The notes below the pieces were generated by a model. It did no database searches. It worked only from the letters and a program-made list of their open reading frames with translations, and was not told where the DNA came from. This document shows positions 47,354-58,006 of a DNA stretch of 64,000 nucleotides, one piece after another (position 1 is the stretch's first letter; each line of letters starts with the position of its first letter). Both the position numbers and the translations under genes were made by a program. Location of the stretch: IMG/VR virus record IMGVR_UViG_3300042319_002138, positions 1 through 64,000 of that record. One strand, written 5' to 3'.

Positions 47354-48112
47354 TTAAAAATTCATTTTATTGTTTATTACGGATGTTAACCTATCCCAAA
47401 AACTCGTATAAATTAACGATAACTCAAAATTATTTTTAATAAAAGGTAACATGTTATTATATGTCTCAAGATTTAATTTTTCAATTATTCCCTTAAATTC
47501 ATCGACACTGTTAAACTCTAAAAAACCCCTCTTATCAAAATAATTACCAATATTACCACACCCCCAATATATTGGTACGGTTCCAGTAACTAAACAATCG
47601 ATTATTTTTTCTGTAAACAAATTATCTATTTTTTCATTTTCTATAATTAAAGAAAACATATAATCTTTAAATGCGGTAATTTTATTCTCAACTGGATTAT
47701 ATCCATGACCATAAGTGTCCATAGGGGTTAACTTACTATCAATTATTTTATGTCGAAGTTGATGTCCCTCAGTTTGACGTTTGTTGGAAGCTACAATTGA
47801 TAAAATTTTTGTTTTATCATGAATACCCCTATCAGATTCATTTATCCAACAAGAACCAAAAGGAAATAATTTACTATTTTCACATTCTTCTAATACTTTT
47901 GTATTCCAACTTAAAATTAAATCAAAATTATTTTTAAATGAGGGTATTTGGTTTACTATCCCCATGATAGAGGGTGGTTCTATTTGGACCATGACTTTAT
48001 AATCAGCATTTTCATCGTAATTAAAACTATCAAAAGAAATACTAACTTTTTTATTAAAATATAAATCGTTATGTAGAGTACCAAAAGTAGAAGCTTTTAT
48101 ATTATTTTCCAT
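47354..48112 (-). CDS. GT10-like alpha-1,3/4-fucosyltransferase
   Basis: YMFSLIIEN.....FTEKI.D....GTVPIYWG. Confidence 0.75.
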   Translation of the reverse strand: MENNIKASTFGTLHNDLYFNKKVSISFDSFNYDENADYKVMVQIEPPSIMGIVNQIPSFKNNFDLILSWNTKVLEECENSKLFPFGSCWINESDRGIHDKTKILSIVASNKRQTEGHQLRHKIIDSKLTPMDTYGHGYNPVENKITAFKDYMFSLIIENEKIDNLFTEKIIDCLVTGTVPIYWGCGNIGNYFDKRGFLEFNSVDEFKGIIEKLNLETYNNMLPFIKNNFELSLIYTSFWDRLTSVINNKMNF

Positions 48113-48127
48113 TTTTTTTACAAATGC

Positions 48128-48658
48128 CTATTTTATTGCTTGAATGTTTAAACTCATTAAAATACCATTCTCTTTATCCATATGAGGCATATATGCCTGT
48201 GAAAAATCATCAATATTAGAATGTTCCGATTCTCTCCAATCCCATATTTTGACATCAGTAAAACCAATTTGTTCTAAGTCTTCTTTTAAAGTGTTGTAAT
48301 CAAACCCAACATAATGATAATTGTGTTCATAACTTTGTCCACCATATAAAAACCCCATTAATTCTCTTAAAGAAGTACCATTTTTATATTGTAAAAAAAC
48401 TTTTTCTAAATCAGGTACAGATAGTTTTATAATTCCACCTTTTTTTAATATTTCATACCATCTTTTTAATACTGTGATATATTCATGTCTACTAAAATGT
48501 TCTAACACATGACAAGCATAGATTTCATCTGCACTAGATGGATTGAATTGTGAAAGTGTTTTTATATCATCAACTACGTCACAATCTAAATTTTCTCGTA
48601 TATCTATGTTTATATAATTTTTTATAATTTTTGTCCCGCAACCTAAGTGTAATTTCAT
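48128..48658 (-). CDS. SAM-dependent methyltransferase
   Basis: LHLGCG, HVLEH, LKKGG. Confidence 0.8.
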   Translation of the reverse strand: MKLHLGCGTKIIKNYINIDIRENLDCDVVDDIKTLSQFNPSSADEIYACHVLEHFSRHEYITVLKRWYEILKKGGIIKLSVPDLEKVFLQYKNGTSLRELMGFLYGGQSYEHNYHYVGFDYNTLKEDLEQIGFTDVKIWDWRESEHSNIDDFSQAYMPHMDKENGILMSLNIQAIK

Positions 48659-48662
48659 ATTT

Positions 48663-49340
48663 TTAAGTATAATAATTGTGTGATTTTAATTGTCTATGTA
48701 TAGTTTCGTTTTCTTTAACTTCATACTGAATGTCGTTTAATAAGCAATACACGGTTAGATACCTTTCAAAATGGTGTGCAAAATAATTAGAATCATTATT
48801 ATCCAAATAAACAGGGTAAAACCATTCCATAAAATTTCTAAATGTTTCAGTTTTTATTAAGACATCCCCAATACTAAACCATTTGTCTTGTATAAATTTA
48901 TTATAATGTTTTTCTATTAAAAATTGTAGATTAAAACCTAATTTATTTTTTATATAATCATTAAATTTATGATGTTCTGGAAAACCAGTGTTAAAATAAA
49001 AATTAAAATTAAAACCCATAGATGATTTAATATCGTAACTAGTTTGATTATTAGGTGTTAAAATGTCAACATCGTAATCAATTAATCTAATGTAATCTGA
49101 ATTTAAAGATGTGTTTTTAAATATGGAATACCACCCACAGTATTGTAAACAATGCTTATTGTTTTCTATATTATCAGATAAATTTCTAGATATAATTACA
49201 TTCTCTAGACCTTCAATTTTGTCAACCTCATTAAAACCTAAAAAAACAAAATAATGTTTACCTAAACAGTCATACCTAGTATTTTCAATACTATTCAAAA
49301 TAAAGTTTTGGTCGTGGCAAAATATGTATGTAGTAACCAT
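48663..49340 (-). CDS. Putative glycosyltransferase (DUF4422-like)
   Basis: DYD motif, H.FER; located in the glycan island. Confidence 0.4.
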   Translation of the reverse strand: MVTTYIFCHDQNFILNSIENTRYDCLGKHYFVFLGFNEVDKIEGLENVIISRNLSDNIENNKHCLQYCGWYSIFKNTSLNSDYIRLIDYDVDILTPNNQTSYDIKSSMGFNFNFYFNTGFPEHHKFNDYIKNKLGFNLQFLIEKHYNKFIQDKWFSIGDVLIKTETFRNFMEWFYPVYLDNNDSNYFAHHFERYLTVYCLLNDIQYEVKENETIHRQLKSHNYYT

Positions 49341-49967
49341 TTAAATATTAATAAATTTTTTATTATTTAATTTTTGTGTGTGAACATTATGTGGTAGTTT
49401 AACGTTATTAGCATCAAAAACCGATGGTAATACATTAATGTACTTATTATCCACAAATATTAAATTTGTAAAATCAGTTTCAGCGTATAAATAATAACCT
49501 TTTTCTTCTCCTAAATTTTTTAAACATGTTAAAGATGCACTATAAGCATAAGTTTCATCCCAAACATGGTTTTCATCATATTCCAACGCTACAGATTCTT
49601 CGTGTGAAAAATTTGAGTTATACTCTATAATGACTACGGATGGTTTATATGTCAATTCTTTCCAAACCCAATAATCATTACCATCGATATCTATAGATAG
49701 TAAATCTAAATTTTCAGGTACTTCATATTTTTTTAATAAAAAGTTTATATTGTCTTTTGTTATAAACTCATTTTTTACATTACCTTGTGGGTTTGATATA
49801 CCTTCCATTTGTAACCCATTCCACCCAATGTCTAAAAACATTCTAATATTAGATAACCAATAACCGTCACCTGCACCAAATTCTACAGCGTACTTGCTAT
49901 TGACACCTATTTTTTCAAAAATACTATGTAGTATTTTACTTTCCCCATTTTGTGAATAATCTGTCAT
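49341..49967 (-). CDS. FkbM-like methyltransferase
   Basis: YSQNGE, VEFGAGDG, DLLSIDIDGND. Confidence 0.75.
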   Translation of the reverse strand: MTDYSQNGESKILHSIFEKIGVNSKYAVEFGAGDGYWLSNIRMFLDIGWNGLQMEGISNPQGNVKNEFITKDNINFLLKKYEVPENLDLLSIDIDGNDYWVWKELTYKPSVVIIEYNSNFSHEESVALEYDENHVWDETYAYSASLTCLKNLGEEKGYYLYAETDFTNLIFVDNKYINVLPSVFDANNVKLPHNVHTQKLNNKKFINI

Positions 49968-49997
49968 ATTTAATTTTTTAATTGTTTATTATTATTA

Positions 49998-50594
49998 TTA
50001 TTTTTTATTATTAATAAAAAGAGCGTTACCCCAATTACTGTTTTCGGGGTATATTGAATCAAGTTCAAAAGAGTATTGTTTAACATAATTCTCTATTTTA
50101 TCTAAATTACTACAATCTTCATATAATTCTGAATTTATATATTCGACATATATGTAATCTAATTTTTTTAAAAAATCACCAAAGCCTTTTAATACTTGAA
50201 TTTCATAACCTTGTGTATCTGAAACTAACACATTAAAATTATTAATATCAATACCCAAAGAATCAAATCTTTTTATTTCAACACTTTCAGTATGATTAAA
50301 TTGTATAGAAGTAAATTGTGATAAATGATTTAAAGGTTTAAGAAAAGATGATGACTCACCGTTATTTGAGGCGATATTTATATTTTTTATCTCATCCCTA
50401 TCACCTAAAGCAAAATTATAACAAATAAAATCTGGGTTATTTTTTGTTAATAAATTGAACACATCTTTTATGGGTTCAAAACACATAACATTATTTGTAT
50501 ATTTTCTAAATAAACTAGACTCTTGGCCTGTATTAGCACCTACCTGTATTATACCCCTTATTTCTTTAATTTTCTCCAATACTTCGATTTCCAT
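49998..50594 (-). CDS. FkbM family methyltransferase
   Basis: QVGANTGQ, FEP, DTQGYE..VLKG. Confidence 0.85.
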   Translation of the reverse strand: MEIEVLEKIKEIRGIIQVGANTGQESSLFRKYTNNVMCFEPIKDVFNLLTKNNPDFICYNFALGDRDEIKNINIASNNGESSSFLKPLNHLSQFTSIQFNHTESVEIKRFDSLGIDINNFNVLVSDTQGYEIQVLKGFGDFLKKLDYIYVEYINSELYEDCSNLDKIENYVKQYSFELDSIYPENSNWGNALFINNKK

Positions 50595-50656
50595 TTTTAT
50601 AATATATAAAAATTTTAGTTAAATTAAAGTCTAACTAATTTTTATTTTTTACATTT

Positions 50657-51415
50657 CTAACACCATTCATTCGGTATTAAATCATGAGTATTGTGGTTTA
50701 TTGCCTTACCGAACCAATTTTTTGGTGTTATAACCATTTTGTTAGGGTTTGTGTTTAACCATGCACCCCACCATGAAAAAGATGAATTAGCTATTATATT
50801 ATTTTTACATAGACTCATTAACCATAAATCGATATAGTCTTTTTCGCCCTCAATAAAAATAAATTGTGGTCCTTTAAAATTTTTTTTACACCATTCTATG
50901 TCGTTTGAAAAAACTAAAAAAATTGTTTTTTTATCAAAATTAGAAATAGCTTGATTATAATATTCGATACTACAAATTGGGTGGTGTTCTGGTAATCCTA
51001 AATAATCACCTCTTCTAATATGAATTGAACAGGTTTTTTCGTTTAAAAATTTACCATATTTTTCATATATTTCTTCTTTAGATTTTTCATCTATCGCATA
51101 TAAATTTAATATTTGTTCACGATTATGTAAAAAATATTTTTCACTTTGAAAGTATCCGTACAACTTTAAATTTGTTGTGTACGGTATTTTAGAATAATGA
51201 AAAAAAGGTTCTTGGTAAGTTTTATTACAATTTGTAATACCGAATTTTACGAATCTAAAAATATTTTCAGTGTAAGAATTTATTGGTTGGTGAGCATTTG
51301 AAGCTTGGGTTACTTCGAATACGGATTCGTCATTATTATCTAAAGACAATGAATAAGTTGTAGCTATTTGGAACATCTTGTTACCTAACCCACCTATTAA
51401 GTTACACGTTATCAT
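50657..51415 (-). CDS. GT11 alpha-1,2-fucosyltransferase
   Basis: GGLGN.MFQ, GYFQSEKYF, HIRRGDY, NSSFSWW. Confidence 0.9.
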   Translation of the reverse strand: MITCNLIGGLGNKMFQIATTYSLSLDNNDESVFEVTQASNAHQPINSYTENIFRFVKFGITNCNKTYQEPFFHYSKIPYTTNLKLYGYFQSEKYFLHNREQILNLYAIDEKSKEEIYEKYGKFLNEKTCSIHIRRGDYLGLPEHHPICSIEYYNQAISNFDKKTIFLVFSNDIEWCKKNFKGPQFIFIEGEKDYIDLWLMSLCKNNIIANSSFSWWGAWLNTNPNKMVITPKNWFGKAINHNTHDLIPNEWC

Positions 51416-52094
51416 TATATTTTTGTTTTACGTAATCTATTTCTTCATTTATATTTTTATTGTATCTACTACTAATTTGAAATTGGTGTATTCTATTACT
51501 TATTAAAATATCACTAACTACCTGTGGTAAACCATATTTTTTATATAAATGGTAATAATACTCACAATCCATTAACATTGTTAAATTCTCATCAAAAAAA
51601 ACAATTTCTTCATTAATAAAGGAAAGTACTGAAGGTGAACTAATTGTGTTAACACCATACAATATTTGGTCATTCCAAGAAGGTACCATTTCCCTGTTAA
51701 AAGTAAGACCATCATTTGTGTGATTACAACCATTAACTAACCATTTACAGTTGGTTTCTTTAAATGTATTGTGTATTATTTGTAATGCGTTATCGTCCAC
51801 AAATAGGTCATCCTGGAACATTACTTTTATAATTTCCCCATCAGCATTTTTTATGGCTATATTTGTATTAGCAGGACCATTGCCTCGGTCATACTCATTT
51901 TTAATATAAACAATATCAAAAAATATATTATAAGATTCTACAAGTTTTTTGATTCCATCATCTACACTATGGTCAGAAATAATAACGTTAAAATTTTTAA
52001 AACTTTGTGTTTTTATAGAATTTAATAAAGCCTTTAAATAATGCAGACCATTACCATACTGTTCCCAAGTGGGTATGCAAATACTTATTTTCAT
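51402..52094 (-). CDS. Glycosyltransferase family 2
   Basis: ISICIPT, SDHS, FQDD; start at 52094. Confidence 0.8.
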   Translation of the reverse strand: MKISICIPTWEQYGNGLHYLKALLNSIKTQSFKNFNVIISDHSVDDGIKKLVESYNIFFDIVYIKNEYDRGNGPANTNIAIKNADGEIIKVMFQDDLFVDDNALQIIHNTFKETNCKWLVNGCNHTNDGLTFNREMVPSWNDQILYGVNTISSPSVLSFINEEIVFFDENLTMLMDCEYYYHLYKKYGLPQVVSDILISNRIHQFQISSRYNKNINEEIDYVKQKYNDNV

Positions 52095-52849
52095 ACCCAA
52101 CGCCAAGTTTTAATATGATTAGTTAATTGTTCTCTATTCATATTTCTTATTTTATGGAATTCTTGCCCATTAGAATGAAAAAGTGGGTTACTATCAGAAC
52201 TATTGTGTGTCCTACTATGGGTTAAATGATAAAGAGGACCCTCAACTCTACATAAACTATAACCCATAATTTCTATACGTACAACTCTTTCCCAATCTTC
52301 ATGACCCCATGAAACAAAATTTTCATTTTCTAAACCAATTTGTGAGTATCTTTCTTTGTTAAAGAAAAAAGCTCCACCAACAGAATTAGGGTTAAATAGA
52401 GTACACTGACTTAAATCAATGTCTTGAATATTATCAGAATCAACTAAATGGAATTGATTTTTTTGTACGTCATAGAATTTTCCTGAGTAAGGGAATACCA
52501 TATCACAACCTTCTAAAATTTTATTTCTAGATTCTAGGTATTGGTCAACTGTGAAAATAACATCAACATCATAGTTAACAACAATGTTTGTTTCACACAT
52601 TTTAGTCATATCATTCAACAATCTTGTTCTATGAAAAAGTCTTTCATCGTTTTTTTCAAAAACATATTTTATTTTATCTGAAACTGATTTTACAAATTCT
52701 TCATTAGAATTTTCATCACTTTCTAATACTATAATATTAGTATCAAAGTTCCTTAATAAAAAACTTATTGAAGTTTTAAAATTATCTCTTCTATCCTGTG
52801 AATCAAATCTAACAGGAACAATAAATGTAACGTCTTTAAAATCTATCAT
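52091..52849 (-). CDS. Glycosyltransferase (GT2/GT7-C galactosyltransferase-like)
   Basis: YDVD, ENENFVSWGHED. Confidence 0.75.
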   Translation of the reverse strand: MIDFKDVTFIVPVRFDSQDRRDNFKTSISFLLRNFDTNIIVLESDENSNEEFVKSVSDKIKYVFEKNDERLFHRTRLLNDMTKMCETNIVVNYDVDVIFTVDQYLESRNKILEGCDMVFPYSGKFYDVQKNQFHLVDSDNIQDIDLSQCTLFNPNSVGGAFFFNKERYSQIGLENENFVSWGHEDWERVVRIEIMGYSLCRVEGPLYHLTHSRTHNSSDSNPLFHSNGQEFHKIRNMNREQLTNHIKTWRWV

Positions 52850-54387
52850 CCTCTATTTTGATATATTGCTTGTAATTGTTGTTGTACCTGTTCTGGTGTT
52901 GCTAAAGGTGTTTCTGTGGGTGTAATCCCATGTTTATTTTTGTACCACATAGTACCTTTTCTAAAATTCTCATTCCATGTTGGTGTTCTAGCAATAGTAC
53001 TTTCAGCTATTGAGTTCGGTATATCAGTTAAGTAATTCCAACTTTCATGAATATCGGCAAAATACCAAAAAGCTGGGTGATACATTTTTTTAATAGCTTG
53101 GTATGTGTGTTCAACATGTTCCCACGCGTTTTTAAACATTGGGTCAAAACCACCGATATCTTCTAATACTTTTCTTTGGTAATAAGAAAATGCCCCAACA
53201 CAATTAGGGTACAATGCTATTTTTACACCCGTATTTAATACATCACCATTTTCATAAGGGATAATCATCCTAGGGTTAGGTTTACCATCTACATCCTCTC
53301 TTTCAGATAAATCTGTAAATCCCTTACTACCAATCTTATTAGCTGGTCCGTGTAAAGCAAAATTTAAATGTTTAATACCAGAAATTAATGAGTGTTTAAT
53401 ATATTCTTTAAAAACATTTTCATCTTTAATTAAGATATCATCTTCCATAATAAAAATATGTTCACAACCTTTTTCCATTAGATAATTAATAGCTGTTGTT
53501 TTTGCTGCACCTACAGACATATTTGTTTTATGCTGTATGATATGTGCATCTTCAGGGTAAGCGTCTTCAGGGTAAGGTGTACCGTCATTTACAATAACAA
53601 AATTCTTAACCCATTTTGGAACTGTAAAAGCACTTTGCCTAATTCTATGTTCAGCATTATAAGTAACCATACCAAAACCAATAGAATCAGGGTCAAACTC
53701 TAACTTTTCTTCAAAAGTTTTATTATTTGATAGTCTTACAGGTAAGTTATCTTTATATCTTTCTTCAAATTTAATTTTATTATCTTCCCATTGTTGATTG
53801 GTCATACCTACTGATAAATGGGTTACTCTAATTAAAGTCGTTAAACCAATTTTAACACCATCTAAATAATTAGGGAAACAAAAAGCTAAATCATAAAAAT
53901 GGAATCCATCAAAAGATTCGTCAAAAGTATGTTTAATTTTTGTTTTATCTATAGCAAAAAACAAACCATCTAAAACAACCATTTCAGTAATTTTATTACC
54001 CTGGTCTTTAGAATAATAGTTAGTCCATTTTTTACCTTCGTGTTGGTGTGATACAATACCATTCATAGATTCTTTCAAAGTCCACCATCTACCGTCTAAT
54101 AAATCTGTTGTACCAGCTATCCCTAAAATTCCATATTCAGGATTTTTATTAAATAGTTTTTGTAGTTTTTGGCCCCAACCCTTAGTTTCAAAAATTAAAT
54201 CATCGTGACAAAAAACAACTATATTATTTTTAGCCATATCTAATCCTTTATTATAAGCTTGTGGTAATGACATTTCACCATCATTAACAATTTGTATAAC
54301 ATCTACGTTATGAATACCACAAGTTTTTTTAATTTGTTCGATATACTCAGGGTTATCTTTTCTTGTTGAATATACTACTGTAATCAT
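52846..54387 (-). CDS. Two-domain GT-A glycosyltransferase
   Basis: FCHDD...LDG.F...FHFYD domain followed by a second GT2 domain (VNDG, MEDD). Confidence 0.8.
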   Translation of the reverse strand: MITVVYSTRKDNPEYIEQIKKTCGIHNVDVIQIVNDGEMSLPQAYNKGLDMAKNNIVVFCHDDLIFETKGWGQKLQKLFNKNPEYGILGIAGTTDLLDGRWWTLKESMNGIVSHQHEGKKWTNYYSKDQGNKITEMVVLDGLFFAIDKTKIKHTFDESFDGFHFYDLAFCFPNYLDGVKIGLTTLIRVTHLSVGMTNQQWEDNKIKFEERYKDNLPVRLSNNKTFEEKLEFDPDSIGFGMVTYNAEHRIRQSAFTVPKWVKNFVIVNDGTPYPEDAYPEDAHIIQHKTNMSVGAAKTTAINYLMEKGCEHIFIMEDDILIKDENVFKEYIKHSLISGIKHLNFALHGPANKIGSKGFTDLSEREDVDGKPNPRMIIPYENGDVLNTGVKIALYPNCVGAFSYYQRKVLEDIGGFDPMFKNAWEHVEHTYQAIKKMYHPAFWYFADIHESWNYLTDIPNSIAESTIARTPTWNENFRKGTMWYKNKHGITPTETPLATPEQVQQQLQAIYQNRG

Positions 54388-54563
54388 AGTTCAAAATTAT
54401 CTTTAGTATTTTCTTTTATTGAAACAAATTCTCTAATAGTCTTACCTAACTCTGTATCATCAGAATAAGTTTTAACTAATAATTCTACAACCTCCATTCT
54501 TAAAGCCTCATGTCTTTCATTAATGGGGTTATTTTCCAAATCCGTATATACTTGATTTTTCAT
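54384..54563 (-). CDS. Small hypothetical protein
   Basis: ATG at 54563. Confidence 0.5.
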   Translation of the reverse strand: MKNQVYTDLENNPINERHEALRMEVVELLVKTYSDDTELGKTIREFVSIKENTKDNFEL

Positions 54564-54564
54564 A

Positions 54565-55056
54565 TTACTTCTCAATTTCAATAATATTAATTGGTTCCTC
54601 ACAATAAACTGATAAGTGACATGAAGCCTTAATAGCTTCTTTTACTGAATTACCCAAGTATAATGCTGCTAAAGCAAAATCCATACCAGCACCAATAGCT
54701 GTATAATCAGTTACTTCTTTACACCAAAAACCTTCCATTACAAAAGCTTTTTTCTCAAAAACAATAACATATTGGTTAGTTAATTTTGTTTCTTCTGTTT
54801 TATTTCTATACCAATCTTGGAACTCTGACATAAACTCTACCATTCCCTCCACAGAAGCTTCTCTAGGCTTTCTTGTTTTAGAATAAATTAGAAATAATCC
54901 ACCTTCTTGTGCATCACCACAATCACCGATAACCATTCCGTTTACTTCATTAAGTTTTGCTAATTTATCTTTTTCTTGTGTCCAACCAGATACTAGGATA
55001 CTATCCGCTCCAATTGTAATTTTTTTATTTGTTACTCTTACTGCTACTACTGACAT
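54565..55056 (-). CDS. Ntn-hydrolase, HslV/proteasome-beta-like peptidase
   Basis: N-terminal SVVAV...IGADS, AKL, AIGAG..FALAAL. Confidence 0.65.
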   Translation of the reverse strand: MSVVAVRVTNKKITIGADSILVSGWTQEKDKLAKLNEVNGMVIGDCGDAQEGGLFLIYSKTRKPREASVEGMVEFMSEFQDWYRNKTEETKLTNQYVIVFEKKAFVMEGFWCKEVTDYTAIGAGMDFALAALYLGNSVKEAIKASCHLSVYCEEPINIIEIEK

Positions 55057-55058
55057 GT

Positions 55059-55391
55059 TTAAGCTTTTGTTGTTATGTTATAAATCCCACTATTTAAAGT
55101 TACACTATCCGTCCCTGATGTGGTATACCATACTTGTGGGTAAAAGGGTGGCTGAGGACTTGTATATGGGTTAACCTCATTTGGTACCCCAGTTGGTATA
55201 AACGGATTTATTGGTGTGTGTGGTGTGATTGTTATAGGGTTTCTCCATTCAGTAATTTTAGTTACCTTTAATGTAAATTCTCTCCACAAACCACTTGGTA
55301 ATAAAGAATTTAGTTCTTCATAAAAATCATGAAGGTTAACATCTTCCTCTATTGTAATTGTTTTATTAATTGTATCTAATTGAATTTTCAT
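55059..55391 (-). CDS. Hypothetical protein
   Basis: 110 aa with Pro-rich tail. Confidence 0.6.
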   Translation of the reverse strand: MKIQLDTINKTITIEEDVNLHDFYEELNSLLPSGLWREFTLKVTKITEWRNPITITPHTPINPFIPTGVPNEVNPYTSPQPPFYPQVWYTTSGTDSVTLNSGIYNITTKA

Positions 55392-55987
55392 TACTTTGTA
55401 CCTGTAGAACCAAATCCACCCTCACCACGTTCAGATTCGTTTATTTCCATAACTTCGATTAAATCACCGTAGTCTGAACTAATTCTATGTGCCACAACAC
55501 CTTGTGCGATTCTTTCACCTCTTTCCCAAGTAAATTCCTCATTACTAATGTTAACCAAAAGAACTTTAATTTCACCACGGTATCCTGTATCTACAGTTCC
55601 AGGTGAGTTTAATACGGTAATACCGTTTTTATAAGCCAACCCACTTCTAGGTCTAATTTGTAATTCATAACCATCAGGTAATTCAAAATACAAACCTGTA
55701 CCAACAAGTTTTCTTTCTAATGGTTTTAAAGAACCACCTTCATTTGCTCTTAAATCAAAACCTGAATCTCCCTCTTTTGCATAGACAGGATTTTTATTTT
55801 CGGATTTATTAATATAATTAATTTTTACTTTTGTTTTAACTGGTTCATTAACTTTTTTATTATCGTATTCTTGTACTGATTCAGCTAATTTAATCGCCAT
55901 TAAAATTTCTTGTCTAGTTGCTTCAGGTAACATATCCATTTCAGCTAGAGCTTTTAATTCTTCTATTTGTTGTGTAATTTCTCCCAT
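55391..55987 (-). CDS. dut: dUTPase (trimeric)
   Basis: GFDL, RPRSGLA, GTVD.GYRGE, RIAQ, RGEGGFGSTG. Confidence 0.95.
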   Translation of the reverse strand: MGEITQQIEELKALAEMDMLPEATRQEILMAIKLAESVQEYDNKKVNEPVKTKVKINYINKSENKNPVYAKEGDSGFDLRANEGGSLKPLERKLVGTGLYFELPDGYELQIRPRSGLAYKNGITVLNSPGTVDTGYRGEIKVLLVNISNEEFTWERGERIAQGVVAHRISSDYGDLIEVMEINESERGEGGFGSTGTK

Positions 55988-56700
55988 TATTTAAGATTAT
56001 TTAATTTTGTTATTATATCTACAAGAGCCTTAACGTCTCTTTCACAATATTCTTTAATTTCTTCATGATTACCCTCCCAATAATTGGTAGTAACGCTATC
56101 CCCTTTAACATCACCGTTTTTAGGTGATTCAATATCTAATGATGAACAGATTAAATCTAAAGAACCCAAAGACCAATTGTTACCAAATTGCCAAACTTCT
56201 TTAGTATCAACAACTCTTAAATCCCATGGTTTAGTTTCATGTGTTGGGAACAGTTTAGGTGGTTTCATTCCATTAATAAAAAATCTTTTACCTAAAAATG
56301 GGATATCAAATATTTTAATACTTTGACCACAAAGGTCAAACCCAAGAGGTTCAATTTTATTAAAGATTTTTCTAACTTCAGTTAAAATATGTAATTCATC
56401 TTCACCGTAAAAAGATTCAAATCTAACCTCACCTTCTTTAGTTACAAATGCCATAGAAACACAAGCTACCTTACCATATTCAGGGAAGAATGCCGCAGTT
56501 TGTCTATAAACTTCTTGGTGAATTTCTTTTAATGACATAGATTCAGAGTCTATTCTAGTTTCATCGGTAACTTTTTTTCTAAACGAGTCATAGTAAGATT
56601 CCCACATCTTTAATTTATCTTCAGGCATGTCGTATAAATCTTCATACTGACTTACTGATTCGATATCAAAAAATAATAATTTGTCTAATTTAAATTGCAT
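55987..56700 (-). CDS. DnaQ-like 3'-5' exonuclease (PolB-exo-like)
   Basis: FDIE, FDIPF, YCERDV. Confidence 0.8.
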   Translation of the reverse strand: MQFKLDKLLFFDIESVSQYEDLYDMPEDKLKMWESYYDSFRKKVTDETRIDSESMSLKEIHQEVYRQTAAFFPEYGKVACVSMAFVTKEGEVRFESFYGEDELHILTEVRKIFNKIEPLGFDLCGQSIKIFDIPFLGKRFFINGMKPPKLFPTHETKPWDLRVVDTKEVWQFGNNWSLGSLDLICSSLDIESPKNGDVKGDSVTTNYWEGNHEEIKEYCERDVKALVDIITKLNNLK

Positions 56701-58006
56701 TTGTATGTTCGATTAATTGTCCAACTTCTTTTTTATCATCTTTCAATATTGTTTTATAGAAAGATGCTCTTGTATGTGTAACTGTATCAATATGGTATTT
56801 ATCCTTAACCGTTTCATGTAAGTTATGTGACAATAACTCTACTAAACTCGGATTATCCTTTAATTTTTTGAGTGCTTTATACCAATCCTTATGATTTTTA
56901 CCTGTATCTACTAAAATTGCGTTACCCTTTTCATTAATACCACCACCATACTCTAACAAGTTTACACAATCTATTTGATAAGGTCCATAATTTTGTGCGA
57001 TTAAAGCTTTTTTATGGAAACCAGATTCAATAACTTTTAATTGTGATTTAACCTTATTAAATGTATGTTCTTTAAGTGGGGCCATTGATACATCAAATAG
57101 ATTGTAGTTTGATGCATAAGTGGTAATAGGTTTGGTCCAAACTCTTCTATATAATTCATTTAAATCGTTGTATTTTTTATCACTACTTTCATCATATTTT
57201 TTTATTTGATTCAAATAGTCACCTTCAAGTAATTTGTAATTTTTAGTAAACATTTCTTCATAACGAGCCCAAACACTTTCATGTGGTTCAATTTTTCTTG
57301 TTCTTTGTTGTCCTGTATTTCTATCAATTTCAGTAATACTACCTCTAGTATCAAAACCACAAAGTACCATTTGTGAATCCATTTTATTTTCACCTAAAAA
57401 TCTACTCACACCCTCTTCAATAATTTTTAAGTCATGTAAGTGAGATGAACCACCTAACCAACCTAATCTAATAAGTTTATCTGTTTTTTCGAGGTTTGGT
57501 GTAAATTGTTTTTCTGAAGGGTCAATTGCATTTGGTAATACAATTACATTTTTATTTAATTGGCTAATTTCTTTAGCAAAAATATCTGTAGTTGTAATTA
57601 CATAATTAACTCTCTTAATATTTTCTTTGATTTTTTTAGGTAATTCATCACTAACAATCATATGATATGCTGGGTGTTCTTTAGAAGGTAACCAGTAATC
57701 ATCTAAATCCATAACTGTTATAATACCCAATGAATGGATTTTGTCCAATATTTGAAACATATCTTCCATATATACTTGTCTTAACATACCGTCTTTAATC
57801 ATTGGTAACGTTCTATGGAAATGGACAATATCAAATTTTCGTAAAAAACTTTCGTCCCAACTAAAATTATCTGTACCTGCTGTAATAATTTCTACATAAA
57901 AATCGTCATTATACAATTCTTGTAGTTTCATATGTGGTTCTACTGAACGAAATTTAGATACCCCTGTTCTATCTGATGGGAATACTAAAACATTTATTTT
58001 ACTCAT
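56690..58006 (-). CDS. Glycosyltransferase (GT-B/GT4-like)
   Basis: DLDDYW, LPNAID, GWLGGSSH..DL, APL...FN..KS.LK.IE. Confidence 0.75.
   Translation of the reverse strand: MSKINVLVFPSDRTGVSKFRSVEPHMKLQELYNDDFYVEIITAGTDNFSWDESFLRKFDIVHFHRTLPMIKDGMLRQVYMEDMFQILDKIHSLGIITVMDLDDYWLPSKEHPAYHMIVSDELPKKIKENIKRVNYVITTTDIFAKEISQLNKNVIVLPNAIDPSEKQFTPNLEKTDKLIRLGWLGGSSHLHDLKIIEEGVSRFLGENKMDSQMVLCGFDTRGSITEIDRNTGQQRTRKIEPHESVWARYEEMFTKNYKLLEGDYLNQIKKYDESSDKKYNDLNELYRRVWTKPITTYASNYNLFDVSMAPLKEHTFNKVKSQLKVIESGFHKKALIAQNYGPYQIDCVNLLEYGGGINEKGNAILVDTGKNHKDWYKALKKLKDNPSLVELLSHNLHETVKDKYHIDTVTHTRASFYKTILKDDKKEVGQLIEHTNAI

Noticed and set aside
41403-58006. Glycan island as bacterial contamination or chimera
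   Set aside because: It is interleaved with phage-type genes (PhoH, dUTPase, gp55-like sigma), with similar composition and tight packing.
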